The notes under the pieces: model-generated
What the model was told of the DNA's origin: nothing
What the model saw: the letters and a program-made list of their open reading frames with translations, nothing else
Database searches by the model: none
Position numbers and translations under genes: made by a program
Assembly (NCBI GenBank): GCA_951406725.2
Contig: OX597816.1
Location: 66,092,001-66,156,000, forward strand
Source: Octopus vulgaris
Lineage: Eukaryota
DNA: 64,000 nucleotides
Direction: 5' to 3'
Part shown: positions 51,030-64,000 of the stretch, piece by piece
Layout of the letters: the number at the start of each line of letters is the position of its first letter
How positions within the stretch are numbered: the first letter of the stretch is position 1

Positions 51030-51480
51030 CTCATAAAAGGCACCTGTTCCAGTGATACATAAAAAGCCCATGTACCAGTGACTCATAAAAGGCACCCATT
51101 ACACTTTTGGAGTGGTTGGTGTTAGGAAGGGCATCCAGTTATATAAACCGTGCCAAAAATCAGACTGGAACTTGGCTTACCAGTTCCAGTCAAACCATTT
51201 AACCCATGCCAGCATGGAAATCAGACACTTGATGATGATAATGATGATCATGATGATCATGATAATGAAGATGATGATGATGATGAAAATGATGATGATG
51301 ATCATCACCATTTAACATCTGTCTTCCATATTTCCATAGATTGGACAGTTTGACAGTGAGTTGGAGGACTACATCAACTCCAATGTCTGTTTTAGCAATG
51401 GTTTCTATGGTTCCTAACACCAGCCACTTCACAGTGTTTATTGTGTGCTATTTTCATGTCACCACCATTAGTGAGATCAC
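51030..51480. mobile_element. Two SINE-like family 3 copies tail-to-tail around a (GAT)n tract
   Basis: Plus copy at about 51040-51240; decayed minus copy at about 51300-51480. Confidence 0.65.
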
Positions 51481-51629
51481 AAAGTAACTTGCAATACAAA
51501 GAAAAGGAGAAACACCTGCAACTGCGAGAGGTTGTTGTTGAGTGGAGGGGTAACTTTATGCCAGGTGTTGAGAGGCTAAAGTATGATTAAGGGACAGACA
51601 CAGGTATCTTGCTATAGAAAAAAATACAT

Positions 51630-52032
51630 AGGCCATGAGTGGCTGTGTGGTAAGTAGCTTGCTTACCAACCACATGGTTTCGGGTTCCGTCCTACAGCGT
51701 GGCATCATGGGCAAGTGTCTTCTACTATAGCATCTGGCTAACCAAAGCCTTGTGAGTGGATTTGGTAAACAGAAACTGAAAGAAGCCCGTTGTATATATG
51801 TACATGTGTGTATGTGTGTATGCTTGTGTTTGTCCCCTGCAACATTGCTTGACAACCGATGCTGGTGTGTTTACGTCTCCGTAACTTAGCAGTTCAGCAA
51901 AAGAGACCGATAGAATAAGTACTAGGCTTCCAAAGAATAAGTCCTGGGGTCGATTTGCTCAACTAAAAGGTGGTGCTGCATCATGGCCACAGTCAAATGA
52001 CTGAAACAAGTAAAAGAGTAAAGAGTAAAGAG
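51630..52032 (+). mobile_element. SINE family 1
   Basis: Full-length copy. Confidence 0.9.
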
Positions 52033-52688
52033 AGCTACCTCACAACATTTAAGAGTTAGTGGAAGTAGCCAGAAAGAAGATAAAGATGTCAGTGACAAGG
52101 TATCAGAACATACTCTCTAGTTACAAGGTGAGTGTGAAAGAAAATCAGACTAAGGACTGGGAGGGGTGGATGGGTAAGCTCATAGGAGTTTGAGAGGAGA
52201 GGGTAGGTTAGAGAAAGGTGTGAAGTTTAATATAGTGAATAATGGACAAGGGTGGCAATAAATGTCAGTATGAGAAGGTAAACGAAATAGCTTACAAGGA
52301 GAAGGTGACAAGTGACAGAACAGGAAAGGTGGAGAGCAGCAGAATAATAAACTTGTAGACAGATCAGAATATAGAAAAATCATGCATAAGGTGGGAGAGA
52401 GTGAGAGAGAGATGTGCAGGGACTGAGGTGGTGGTCAGAAGTATGTAGTGGTGGGCTAGAGTGAGTGGTGTACAAAGGCGAGATGGATGTCAACAGCAGC
52501 CATGAGAAGGAATTCAGAATGACTGCAGATATGAGAGGATGTTAAAGATTAGGTATGATAGTCCTAAGATGTAGCTCAGAGGGCAGGGAGAGATACCTGA
52601 AGACAGAAAAGCATGATCAGTGGAAAATAAAATGGGAAGGGATGATATTGAGAATGAAGGTTAGATATTACATAAAGTACTTCTAGAG

Positions 52689-55005
52689 CAGTGATTCCCA
52701 AGGTGGGGCGTACGCCCCACTGGTGGGGCCTGAGAAAATTCAGGTGGGGCGCGGGGCATAGACGTGGGCTGTGAAAATATTTGTACATGACGAGCGGTCA
52801 TCGTGGGCACAACCTTAGATTCCGTCTTTCCTTTGAAGCCTCCACATCGGAAACTCTCGCACCCCAGCGAGACAAAGAAGATCCCGCACTGAGCAATAAA
52901 CTTACTATTCAGATAAGCCAATCAATTGCCTCAATTAGTTTGCCTCAATTAGTCTTTGGAGTTTTTGAAGTTTGGATTCATTCCTGATGAGCATGATGAG
53001 CGTAAACCGTTTTGCTTATTATGTAATCAGACGATGAGCAATGAGTCAATGAAGGCAGGTAGGCTGGAAGCGCACTTAAAGGTAAGACATCCTAATAATT
53101 CTAATTTAGATTTGGAATACTTCAAATCATTGAAAGAAAAATTTAAAAACTGAACAAAACTCACTTCACTATTTCATGCAAAACAAGTGCCTCATACTCG
53201 TGCCCTTGAAGCCAGCTACGAAATCTCCTTGCTTATAGCAAAACATGGAAATAATCACACTATTGGAGAGCAACTGGTTAAACCTGCTATCTCAATATTC
53301 TTAAAGACTGTATTACAAAAAGATGATGGAGATATCAGGACTATGCCACTCAGTAATAACACTGTCTCGAACAGAATAGATGAAATGGGGCAAGATGTTG
53401 AAAGCCAGCTCATTGAGAAATTAAAATTGCGTAAGTTTTCATTACAAATGGACGAATCCACAATCCGGGACAGTGAGGCTCTGTTATTGACTTATGTGAG
53501 GTATATTGACCACGAGGAGTTTCAGGAAGAGATGCTGTTCTGCGAATCGTTTGAAACCACCACAACTGCAAATGATATTTACATCAAAATCAAACATTAT
53601 TTGGATGCAAACAAAATACCAAAGGAAAACTTACTGGCATGTGCGGCAGACGGTGCACCTGCCATGATGGGCAAGAATACGGGATGCTTAAAAATGATGA
53701 AGGATGAAAATCCAAACATGTTGACTGTCCATTGTGTAATACACCGAGAAAACTTGGTTGCCAAGAAATTGTCCCCTGTTCTTAACAAGATTCTTCAAAG
53801 TGTGATCAAGTGTGTCAACAGCATTAAAAGAAATTCTAAATCTGAACGTCTTTTTAAGCAGTTTTGTATAATTCAAAGTGCCGAACATGTTCGATTATTG
53901 CTTCATACAGAAGTAAGATGGCTATCAAGTGGAAACTGCTTAAAGAGGTTCATGGAATTATTTGATCAGATTAACGACTTTCTTAGTGATAAATGTGAAA
54001 TGAAATTGCTGTCAACAACGGATGGAAAAGCATTTGTCAGTTATTTGACAGACATATTTGAGAAACTTGGAAACTTGAATAAACAACTTCAAGGTGCAAA
54101 CATGACACTTATTGATGCAAAAGCAAAGATTTTTGGATTTATTACAGCTCTCGAATTATGGAAAAAGAAATTTTCCAAAAGAAATTTCAGTGAACTTTAC
54201 TGGTTGAGTAAATGTGAATTAACAAATGATGCTGGCATTGTAATTATTGATCATTTAAATATCTTGATAAAGGATTTCAATGACAGATTTTGCGACTTAA
54301 AGGCAATGAATTTTCCTTCTTGGTTAACTCAACCGCTTCTGATTAACGTTTCTGATGCTACAATCCAATACCAAGAAGAGTTATCAGAATTACAACATGA
54401 TGAATCAGTGAAGACTTTGTTTAAATTGAAAGGTACAAAGATGTGGCTATATGACGAGGTTGAAAGAAAATATCCTAAAATTTCTACATCAGCGAGAGAG
54501 CTACTGATTCCTTTCCCTTCGTCTTATTTGGTCGAATGTGGTTTTAGTGCAGTTGATAATTTGCTCGAAGCCAAGAGAAACCGGCTTGAGATTACAAAAT
54601 GTGGCGATTTACGACTGAAATTAACAAAGTTGTCTCCTCAAATTAAAAACTTGTGCTGTATGCATCAGGCACAGGGTTCTCACTAAATTAGTCGAGCTGA
54701 CCGTCAAATAATTGAACTGAAAAAACGTGTTTCTTTATTCTTTATAAATTGACATTTTTTAAAAACATGAGAAATCGTAATAATTTTATCGATTTATTGG
54801 GTGTTATGCACTTTCAGTGCCTGTTGTTTCAATTCTCAAACTATTTTTTTGTATTTTGAATACAATTTTTTAATTTTTGATTTTTTTTCAATTGTAAGTA
54901 GGCCCACATGTACTTGTAAATGTGAGTGGACATGGGAAAAGGTGGGGCGTAAAAACTTTTGCTATGAAAAAGTGGGGCGCCGGGAAAAAAGGTTGGGAAA
55001 CACTG
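52689..55005 (+). mobile_element. hAT transposon, Buster/Charlie group, full length (2317 bp)
   Basis: TIRs CAGTGATTCCCAA / TTGGGAAACACTG; 8-bp TSD TTCTAGAG at 52681-88 and 55006-13; subterminal GTGGGGCG repeats at both ends. Confidence 0.96.
52956..54686 (+). pseudogene. Buster/Charlie (ZBED5/ZBED8/SCAND3-like) transposase with one in-frame TGA and a damaged start
   Basis: BED finger CLLC..HLKVRH; FSLQMDES, ADGAPAM, CVIH, VRWLS, SYLVECGFS, C-terminal QGSH; TGA at 53151-53 in frame. Confidence 0.92.
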
Positions 55006-55532
55006 TTCTAGAGAGACAGAAAAGCATGATCAGTGGAAAATAAAATAGGAAGGGATGATATTGAGAATGAAGGTTAGATATTACATAAAGTACTTCTAGA
55101 GAGATTGGGGATGTAACTAGTAGAACAAAGAGGAAGAAATATGCCCAGATTTTGCTATAAATGGTGGTGCCCCAGCATGGCCACAGCTTGTGAGCTGAAA
55201 CTAGATAAAAATTTTTTAAATAATTAAAAAATATCATAAGATCGCAGAAGCTGAATAGTGCTACTGTTAGAAGAGTGATGGAGGGACAAGTGCTAGGAGG
55301 ATGAGATTTGGGGAATGGTTAACAGGATCAGATTGGGTGCAGAACAGGGTCTGATGAGTTTGTAAACAAATACAATGGTTTTAAGACCTCACATTTGCCT
55401 TGACAGACGGGTCTTCCTGAGCACAGCAAAACACCAATTATCACAAGCCTGTGTTACTTCCAGTGTGAAGTTTAACAACTTGAGATCAGCCTTCACTACT
55501 TTATCTTGATTATCTTTTCTATTCACCCTTTC

Positions 55533-55584
<52 letters not shown>

Positions 55585-56709
55585 GATATATGTAAACAAA
55601 CCAGAAAGGCTTTGCAAGTTATGGAGAGAAAGCTACTATGGAAGACTCATAGTATAATAACTGCATAATAATATATCATAATAATATATATATTGCCTAT
55701 ATATATATATAAATATATGTATGTATGTATTTAGGTATGTATGTACGGTATTGTATTGTATTTACATGCCCCTTCATACGTGTATGGTTTTTGTAGTTGT
55801 GTGTGCATGTGCGTGTGCATGTGCGTGTGCATGCATGTGCTTGTGCTCACACATGCTCACACATGTCTTTGTGCATGTGTATGTCCCCCTACCACAGCTT
55901 GACAACTTGTGTTGGTGTGTTTGTATCCCCATAACTTGGTGGTTCAACATTGGACCTAAAAAAACTCCCTCAGAATGTAGTTGATCAAATGCTTTCAGGA
56001 ATCAGTATATAAAGTCTGCATACTTTTTAAGAAATAATATAGTAGACTTGACTGTTTCCACTATTTTCAAACATCATAAATATTACTCAAGGATTTGATG
56101 TAATAATTAGGAACAAAAAATATTAGGGGTTAAGTAATATTTAATCTGCAGCCAAATAGATAAGGGTTATAACTCAAAACATTTATATTTTATTAGGCTT
56201 TGTTAATGGAAGTTCACCTTTGCTTGATAGCCCAGGGGAATGTTCATTAAAACAACAAACAAAAAAGTCAGATGGTGAAAAAAGATTAACTGAAAATTTA
56301 ATTAGAAAAGGTTGTTAACCTTGTAGTCAGCATTTCCTTTATAATTAAATTATCAATATGTTCTAAGATTAATAACCTGACAATTCTCTATACACAAATT
56401 TGTCTTCATCAGCAAATTTGCAAATTTTGCTTTGGATATTTAATTTCACAACCATTGCTCTGCTGAACGTTGACTTCAAAAGTATAAAAATGGCATTTTT
56501 CCTTAGATGAGTTATTTTTTATTTGTTTTCACCCATTCAGATGGATTTCCAGTTTTTCCTGTTTTTTCTTTTTGTGTGTGTGTGTGTGTGTGTATTTCCT
56601 TGTGGTTATGAAAATTTTTCATAAAGCTCCAATCCTTCTGATACCAAATTCCACTACCTTTTTTTACCTTTCCTTTTTCTATGGAATACAGCTTTCCCTA
56701 TTTGCAAAG

Positions 56710-56965
56710 TGAATGCACATAGCCAAGTGGTTAGTGTGTTGCACTCACAATCACAAGATTGTGGTTTTGATTTCTTGACTGGCCAGTGTATAGTGTTCTT
56801 AAGCAAAACACTTCATTTCACATTGCACCAGTCCACTCAGATGTAAAGGAGTGACCCTATGATGGACTGAAGTCCTGTTTAGAAAAAATGTAGTGATCTT
56901 GGTTACTTATATGGCATGGAAATTGGGTAACTGACTGACCCTGTGAGTCCTAGGACTCAAGACAG
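56710..56965 (+). mobile_element. SINE family 4-like, decayed
   Basis: TAGCCAAGTGGTTAG..CTTAAGCAAAACACTT. Confidence 0.6.
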
Positions 56966-57009
56966 TACTTACATCTGCCTTTTCTATTATTATTATTATT
57001 ATTATTATT

Positions 57010-58020
57010 TAGTAGTTTTATTTTTATAGCGTGCTTTCACTTCACTACCGAGCGCAGCTCTGTGTGCCTTGGGTATGTGCTGTGGTTTGTTGAGATGTTC
57101 TTATGGTTACTGTATTGAAAATGTTTTGCGTAGGATGTGTGCAGTGTCCAGTATATATATTTGTAAGTCCTGGTGTTTTTGTTATGTATTTGTCTGAATA
57201 TTTTTTTATCATATCTAATGCACCTACTATGATAGGAATTGTTTCTGTTTTTAGATTCCACATTCGAGTTACCTCTATTTCCAGGTCTTTGTATTTTGAA
57301 AGTTTTTCCATTTCTTTTAGGGAAACGTTGTCATCTGCTGGTATTGATACATCAATTAGAAAGCATTTTTTTCTTCATGATCTCTGACAACTATATCTGG
57401 CCTATTGGCCTTAATTTCTCTATTTGTGTTTATAGGCATATCCCAAAGTATGGTTGCTTTCTCGTTTTCTGTGACCTTTTCTGGTGTGTGCCTATACCAT
57501 CTTTTTTCTGTTGTTATTCCATAGTGCTGGCATAGCTTCCAGTGTCTGTGAATATAGTCCTTCTTAGCCAGGATTGGGTTGCCAGAGATAATATGATTTA
57601 TTGTTTCTTGTCCATCTCCACATATTCTGCAGTTAATTGTTATGTTTCTTTTCATTATATGTTTTTGGTAATTTCTGGTGGGGAGGCTTTGGTCTTGTGC
57701 TGCAATTAAAAATCCTTCCATCTCTGCTTTGAGTCCTGAGCTTCTCAACCATTGCTGGGATTTTTCTCTGTCTATTTCTTTTGCATTTAGTTTAGTCCAG
57801 TATTTGCCATGAAGGGGCTTTTCTTGCCATCGTTTTATCATGGTCCATTGCTGTTCTAGTTTTAGTTTGGTTTTCCGTTGTTTTATAGCTTTTGTTGTTT
57901 CTTCTTCTTCTCCATATTTGTTAGGTAGTTTGATTTCTTGTTTGTATTTGTCAGCTTCCTTAAATACTGAGAACAGTTTTTTGTTTTGCGGCTATTTGTA
58001 TCAGTTTTCCTTGCTTCTGA
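57010..58020 (-). mobile_element. 5'-truncated R4/Dong-clade RLE non-LTR retrotransposon in (TAA)n
   Basis: WQEKPLHGKY, AAQDQSLPTRNY, CRICGDGQETINHIISG, RH, RPDIVV..IDVSIP, KLSKY; (TAA)n on both sides. Confidence 0.93.
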
Positions 58021-58064
58021 AGTAGGTATTTTTGCAGTCCTAATACCCACAATTCCATGCTGTA

Positions 58065-58131
<67 letters not shown>

Positions 58132-58164
58132 CATTATTATTATTATTATCATGATTATTATTAT

Positions 58165-58583
58165 TTATATAAATAAGGACAAGGACTTTATTTAAATACT
58201 GATCTTATCAGATGGCCAGCATGGGAATAAAAACCTTCAAATAATAATTATTATTAAAATTATAATTTAGAGTATCTAAGAGATACCACCATGCTGGAAA
58301 TAGCAGCCAAAACTTGACTCTAAAACCACATTAAATGTTCATACAGCACCAGGAGAGAGAGAAGACAAAGAGACAAAATAAACTAGAAGGCAGAGCATTT
58401 CATATGCAGAGTCAGAAATCCGGGATCTGGAATTATCCAGTAATTTTTTTGCTAGTTTATTTTGTCTCTTTGTCTTCTCTCCTGATGCTGTATGAACATT
58501 TAATGTGGTTTTAGAGTCAAGTTTTGGCTGCTATTTCCAGTGTGGTGGTATCTCTTAGATACTCTAAATTATAATTTTAATAA
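58165..58583. mobile_element. Fold-back element family B, second copy
   Basis: Arms 58251-58386 / 58452-58583; spacer holds the HHR 3' part GGC..GTCAGAAATCCGGGATCTGGAAT. Confidence 0.88.
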
Positions 58584-58595
58584 CATATATATATA

Positions 58596-58907
58596 TCCAG
58601 AGCAGCCAACTGGCTTCTGTACCCGTGGCACGTAAAAGGGCACCATTCGAGTGTGATCGTTACCAACGTCGCTTCACTGGAACCTGTGTTGGTGGCACAT
58701 GTAAAAGATTTGAGCGAGGTCATTGCCAGTACCGCCTGACTGGGCCCCGTGCAGGTGGCATGTAAAAAGCACCCACTACACTCTCAGAGTAGAAACTCTG
58801 CCAGATCAAGACTGGAGCCTGGTGCAGCCATCTGGTTGCCAGCCCTCAGTCAAAACCGTCCAACCCATGCTAGCATGGAAAATGGACGTTAAACGATGAT
58901 GATGATG

Positions 58908-58908
<1 letters not shown>
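58596..58908 (+). mobile_element. SINE-like family 3
   Basis: GTGGCAC units and GAT tail; central core deleted. Confidence 0.8.
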
Positions 58909-58972
<64 letters not shown>

Positions 58973-60232
58973 TGTGAGTGTGTGTATCCTTGTCTAGCTA
59001 TCATGTGATGATTGTAAATGAGCATCATTGTCATATGAGTGGAGTCGTTCATTTTCCAGACTTCTTTGAAAAACATGTCAGGCAATGGGGAAATATTATC
59101 TTGTTTGGAAACGGGTGAAATTTAGCATCAGGAAAGGAAGGTAACTGCAGAAAATCTGCCTCAATAAATTCCATGTGATCGATGGCAGCATGGAATTGTG
59201 GGTTTTAGATGATAATGATGACTATGATGATGATGATGACAATGATGACGACGACGACGGTGGTGGTGGTGGTGGTGGTGGTGGTGGTGATGATGATGAT
59301 GATGATGATGATGATAGCAATGATGATGATGATGATGACGATAACAGCTGTTTTGTTCTAAATCAGATATTTTTTGCAAAATAACCTTTGATGATATGTA
59401 TATAAAAATCATCAAAAACATTTCTTTCGCTTTTCCATGATATATTTTGCTAATTATAGGGTGTGTCTTATCACTTGTAACATCTTAAAAGAGCCAGGAA
59501 ATACATTAAAAAGCTACAAAGAAAAGATGTGGATGCTTCAGATGAAGAACATAATTATTTTGAGAGATGTTTACATTTCAAGCTTCAGGAAGTATAAATC
59601 AGATTAAGATCCAACAGAACCAATACAAGAAGGCTGAAAAGCTGAAGCATGTGCTATTAATATCATGAAGCAAAGGTTTAATTCTTTGATTAAGAAATGA
59701 TAAGGATTATGTAACCTATATAATGGTACTTTACAGCGATCTACATTATATCATTCTTTATGTACGTCATTCTTGAGGTGTGACTTATATTTATCAACTT
59801 CTAGCGATTTCTTTTATCTTTAGTCGCTCAACTGATGTTATTTTCTGCTCTTTGCAAAACCAGTAAGGGAATCTTCCAAAGAGAGGGTTGCTGTACTTGC
59901 TTGAAATAGCAACTAAATTTTTTTCATCTCACATTCTACCTACTGTTTTAAAAAAGACAGATTTAGTAATATAGCCTTAGGATACACTATACTTGAAAAA
60001 TGATATGATGGTCATAGCTGGAAAACTTTTGATCATAGATATGCTCAATCAGAGCTGACCTAGGACTAAAGAAATGATTCTGTACATTTTTGATAGACTC
60101 TAAGCTTAACTTGCACCTTTTTCCCCAAATCCAAATCATTCCGTTTCTTAAAGGCTTGCACCAAACCAGATTAAAATAAATCATGTTTGCATCAATTAGA
60201 AGAATTAATGAGTTTTTCACACACACACACAC

Positions 60233-60272
<40 letters not shown>

Positions 60273-60276
<4 letters not shown>

Positions 60277-60412
60277 ATTAATAAGGATGACATTTCTGAT
60301 AATTTTTTCCACTTTAATGATTAGAGGCTTTTGTAAACATCTAAGGATTTGTAAGCATCTAATCATTAAAGTGGGAAAAAATGATCAGAAAAATCATCCT
60401 TATAAATTTTTT
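60273..60412. repeat. Diverged inverted repeat, about 52-bp arms
   Basis: ATAAGGATGA..TTCTGAT.ATTTTTTCCACTTTAATGATTAGA / TCTAATCATTAAAGTGG..ATCAGAA..TCATCCTTAT. Confidence 0.75.
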
Positions 60413-60462
60413 CAAATATGTATACTATACCAATGACTTCCTATTTCTAATTCTAATATCCA

Positions 60463-60521
<59 letters not shown>

Positions 60522-60526
<5 letters not shown>

Positions 60527-60731
60527 AATGGTAAGACAACAAAAGAATGAAAGAGACCTTGATATTATGTAAATAGAGGAATTTATCTGTAAATGTAATA
60601 TATGACAATCATTCGGTAGCCATGATAAAACTCTGAGTTTTGAATGTTGGGGTGGATTTCCACCCCAACATCTGAAACTCAGAGTTTTATCATGGCTACC
60701 AAATAATTGTCACATATTACATTTACAGGTA
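60522..60731. mobile_element. Fold-back element (family L)
   Basis: Arms 60584-60656 / 60659-60731; left tail; GAAAC-TCAGA-GTT immediately after the central hairpin. Confidence 0.75.
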
Positions 60732-60769
60732 TATGTATAAATATTTATGTGTATATAAGAATTTTTTGC

Positions 60770-60877
60770 ATAATAAGATAAAAAAACCATGGCTGTGTAG
60801 ATATTAGAGCATTTATAGATAGAAGGTCTTACAGCTGTTTCTAGGATATTTATTAATTATATCCCTTCGTTGGAGAT
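60770..60877 (-). mobile_element. Family F fragment with decayed HHR
   Basis: Minus strand TCT-CCAACGA-A-GGGATA..TATCCT-A-GAAA-CAGCTG-TA-AGA. Confidence 0.6.
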
Positions 60878-61271
60878 CATTATCATCATCATCATCATCA
60901 TCATCATTTAACGTCTGTTTTCCATACTGGCATGGGTTGGGTGGTTTAAGAGGAGCTGGCCAGCTAGGGTGCTGGCCAGACTCCAATTGTTTGTTGCACC
61001 AGCTGTTTTACGGAGTGTGTTGCATGCTTTTTATGTACCACTGGCAAAGGTGCATTTCTGTTGCACCAGCATGAGTGCATTTTATGTGGCACCAGCACCT
61101 GTAAAGGATAAGCCTGTATGTATGTATATCTCTAAGACCGTTATATCCAGTTTCAATTCTCATCTATACTTCTTTCATTTAACTCACACTTCTGCTTACA
61201 TCAACAAGTAAACCATTGGCATCTCAGAATCTCATCTCCACTCCTGTGTTTAATTTAAAACACTGTGCCTT

Positions 61272-61297
<26 letters not shown>

Positions 61298-61303
<6 letters not shown>

Positions 61304-61808
61304 TCAGTCATTTGACTGTGGCTAAGCTGGAGCACCACCTTTATTTTTAAACAAATTGACCTAGGACTTATTCGTTGTAAGCCTAGTACTTATTTTATCA
61401 GTCTTTTATGCTGAACCGCAAGGTTACAGGGACATAAAGACACCAACATCAGTTGTCAAGCGATGGTGGTGGTGGTAGGGGACAAACACAAACACACAAA
61501 CATATATATATATATCACGTGATCACATGACCGACCAGACCATCAGATGTTGCTACACATCGCTGGTCACAACACGTTTGCATTGTTTTAGCCTTCAAAT
61601 GATGCCACCCCGCTGGCTAAGCAAGCAAGCCAATATATATATATATATAAAACAGGCTTCTTTCAGTTTCCATCAACCGAATCCATTCACAAGGCTTTGG
61701 TCAGTCCAAGGCTATAGTTGAAGCACTTCTCCAAGGTGCCACGCAGTGGGACAGAACCCAGACCCATGTAGTTGGTAAGCAAGCTTCTTACCACATAGCT
61801 ATGCCCAT
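61298..61808 (-). mobile_element. SINE family 1 with a ~115-bp insertion in its internal (TA)n
   Basis: Insertion at 61516-61632 flanked by TA runs. Confidence 0.8.
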
Positions 61809-62588
61809 AGAATATTTGTTTCTTTACCTCAAAATATTATTCTCTGTTCCTCCTCTCCTGGAGTTTGTTTTAAATATATTTGTTTTATTTCTATAACACT
61901 CTATTCACCTTGCTCACATGAATGTGTGACATTGCTCTTTCATGGAAGATGTTGATATTTCTGGGTAAGTATCAGTTACTGAACTTCTCAGTCTTTATCC
62001 TATGATGACATGTAGCGCTCATCTGAGATAACATTCTCAATTGGTTTGCTAGCCTTAAAACAATATAGAGCCTGTTAGTTATGTAAGCAGCTTTTTGAGT
62101 AGAAAAGCTACAAAATGCATGGTAAAGCTCTAATATAAAAATGTAAGGTAGAGTAATACTGCTGTACTAAGTAATTTTAGACAGACAGACAGACACATAC
62201 ACAGATGCACGCGCATGCATACATAGACATACACACCCTTTTTAGGGTCTCTATAGAATAGACCCAAAAATATCTCCTGCACCAAAAATCATATTTTTTT
62301 TTCAGATGTCTGTGTTTTAAGCATCTATGATGCTTAAAACATTCTGCTAAAACAAAAACAAAAACAAAAAACAAAATTTGGTGGAGAGTGGGGGGGCCTT
62401 TTATCTTTTTACCAACATTTTTCTCTCGTGACTTTCTTTTGAAAATTCTTTTCAGATTTATGTTTTAAACATCTCAGACAATGATTCTTCAAAAATAAGG
62501 GTAACTTTTTAAAACATAAATCTGGAAAAAAATTTTGCTGAAAGTCAAAACTGAAAAAATTATAAGTGGGGGAGGATGAAAAATTCCT

Positions 62589-62688
<100 letters not shown>

Positions 62689-63314
62689 TAAAATAACATT
62701 TTATCTCGAGTTTTAGAATCATAATCTATGGTGCTTAAAACATAGACATCCACCAAAATTATGGGTTTTGTTGCACTAGATCATTTCTAACTCTGTTCTA
62801 TAAGAATGATATGCATATATATATAAGAGACCAAAGTATACGTACACTGCTATATTTTTATATATAAAAAATACAAAAATGGGGCAAGAACACAAAACAT
62901 CCAGACAGACGATACAAAGAAAACAAGGACAGGTCATTCAGAGTTTACTTTCCTCAGTCAAGTTCCAGATCATCTTTGCAATTTTCAGCTAGTTATACTC
63001 CTTTTCTCACCCCACTTTAATTCTTCTATCCTTCTGCCTCTGCCTCTCTCTCTTCTCTCCCCATGTGACTGGTGTTCAGCCAAGCCTGACATTTCTTTCT
63101 TGGTTCAACTACCATCCATGCAACCTCTATATTCCTCTCTGTGCCTGTCAAATCTTATGTCCTTACTTCCACGCATGCCAGCTTAATTCATGTTCAAAGT
63201 TGTCGACAACCTTGAACATGAATAGTAAGTATTAAATATAATATTCTAAGACCTGGTTGAATTTATATTCTGATTTGATGAATTTATGGGGATTCCTGTC
63301 TCTAATGATACTTT

Positions 63315-63350
<36 letters not shown>

Positions 63351-63352
<2 letters not shown>

Positions 63353-63691
63353 TCGCTTTTGGATTTGGTTTGCAAGATTCTTTATATGAGTTCGTGTGTT
63401 GAAGCATATTCTGTTGTGTCTGGGGAGAGTCATTTTCTTTTTGTGCCTTATAATGTAACACACTCACCGGTAAAATTTCCACTTATTTCTCTTTTATTTT
63501 TATTTTCCTAAAAATTTCGTTGTGTCTCGCAACCTTTTCAGTAGTTTTGACAATTGAAAAACTATTGAAAAGGTTGTAAGATGCAACAAAAATTTTAGGA
63601 AAATAAAAATTTTAAAAAAAGTGGAAATTTTACCTGTGAGTGTGTTACATAATAAGGCACAAAAAGAAAATGACTCTCCCCAGACACAACA

Positions 63692-63692
<1 letters not shown>
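63351..63692. mobile_element. Fold-back HHR-like element (family M)
   Basis: Arms 63411-63548 / 63557-63692; tail 63351-63410; (TA)n on both sides; CTA-CTGAAAA-G-GTTG..CAAC-GAAA-TTTT-TAG at 63508-63544 on the minus strand. Confidence 0.82.
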
Positions 63693-63729
<37 letters not shown>

Positions 63730-64000
63730 TTACATTTCTTTATCATATTTGTCATATAAATTACTATCCTCTCAATTTTCGTCAGTCTTCATTCATTTGT
63801 TTATACTGTGCTTTCAAGAGGCCTTTGTTTTAGAGCTGTCATGGGTCAACCTGCAGCCAACAGATGATATTCCATATAACATTTGTAAATAACATTTTGC
63901 TAAAATTTTGTCCAAATTTGTTAATTTGAGCAATTTCATTCCTTTCTCTACCTCATTCTCTTATACTTTGTCTTGATTAAAGTTTAAATTCTCTGTAATA

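Noticed and set aside
52030-52600. Purine-rich stretch (continuing at 55102-55500) as a gene
   Set aside because: No sustained ORF; probably a highly decayed repeat that I cannot classify
53151-53153. In-frame TGA as selenocysteine or readthrough
   Set aside because: Simplest explanation is CGA>TGA decay in a basic linker; the start region is also damaged; no SECIS recognised

Overview
AT-rich eukaryotic DNA packed with microsatellites. The repeat families look like those of an octopod cephalopod (Octopus-like; this is recalled, not searched). Most ORF-track entries are microsatellite artefacts. Real coding content: (i) two strong and one weaker + strand exons of an unidentified host gene with very long introns (15217-15306, 38312-38431, 50487-50706; phases compatible); (ii) a 5'-truncated Neptune-type Penelope-like element (PLE; RT YLDD + Cys-rich linker + GIY-YIG) at 35041-37108; (iii) a nearly intact Buster/Charlie hAT transposon (52689-55005, TSD TTCTAGAG); (iv) decayed mariner, maT, pogo, R4/Dong, RTE and CR1 fragments, MITEs and at least four SINE-like families. 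The main unexplained signal is about a dozen non-coding fold-back elements inserted in (TA)n tracts. Most carry a type I hammerhead ribozyme (HHR) motif next to the fold-back point. Several unrelated families share a 3'-terminal stem-loop ending in CCUU(A). The HHR cores include natural variants, notably a compensatory G3-C8 swap. One element is a tandem 361-nt HHR monomer (retrozyme-like). The PLE 3' region carries five CCAAT+CRE modules with invariant spacing, a TATA box, a Kozak ATG and a splice donor in frame with the next host exon. Together this suggests a PLE-driven ribozyme-retroelement system that may also have been co-opted by the host gene. Coordinates were counted by eye, so repeat boundaries are approximate.
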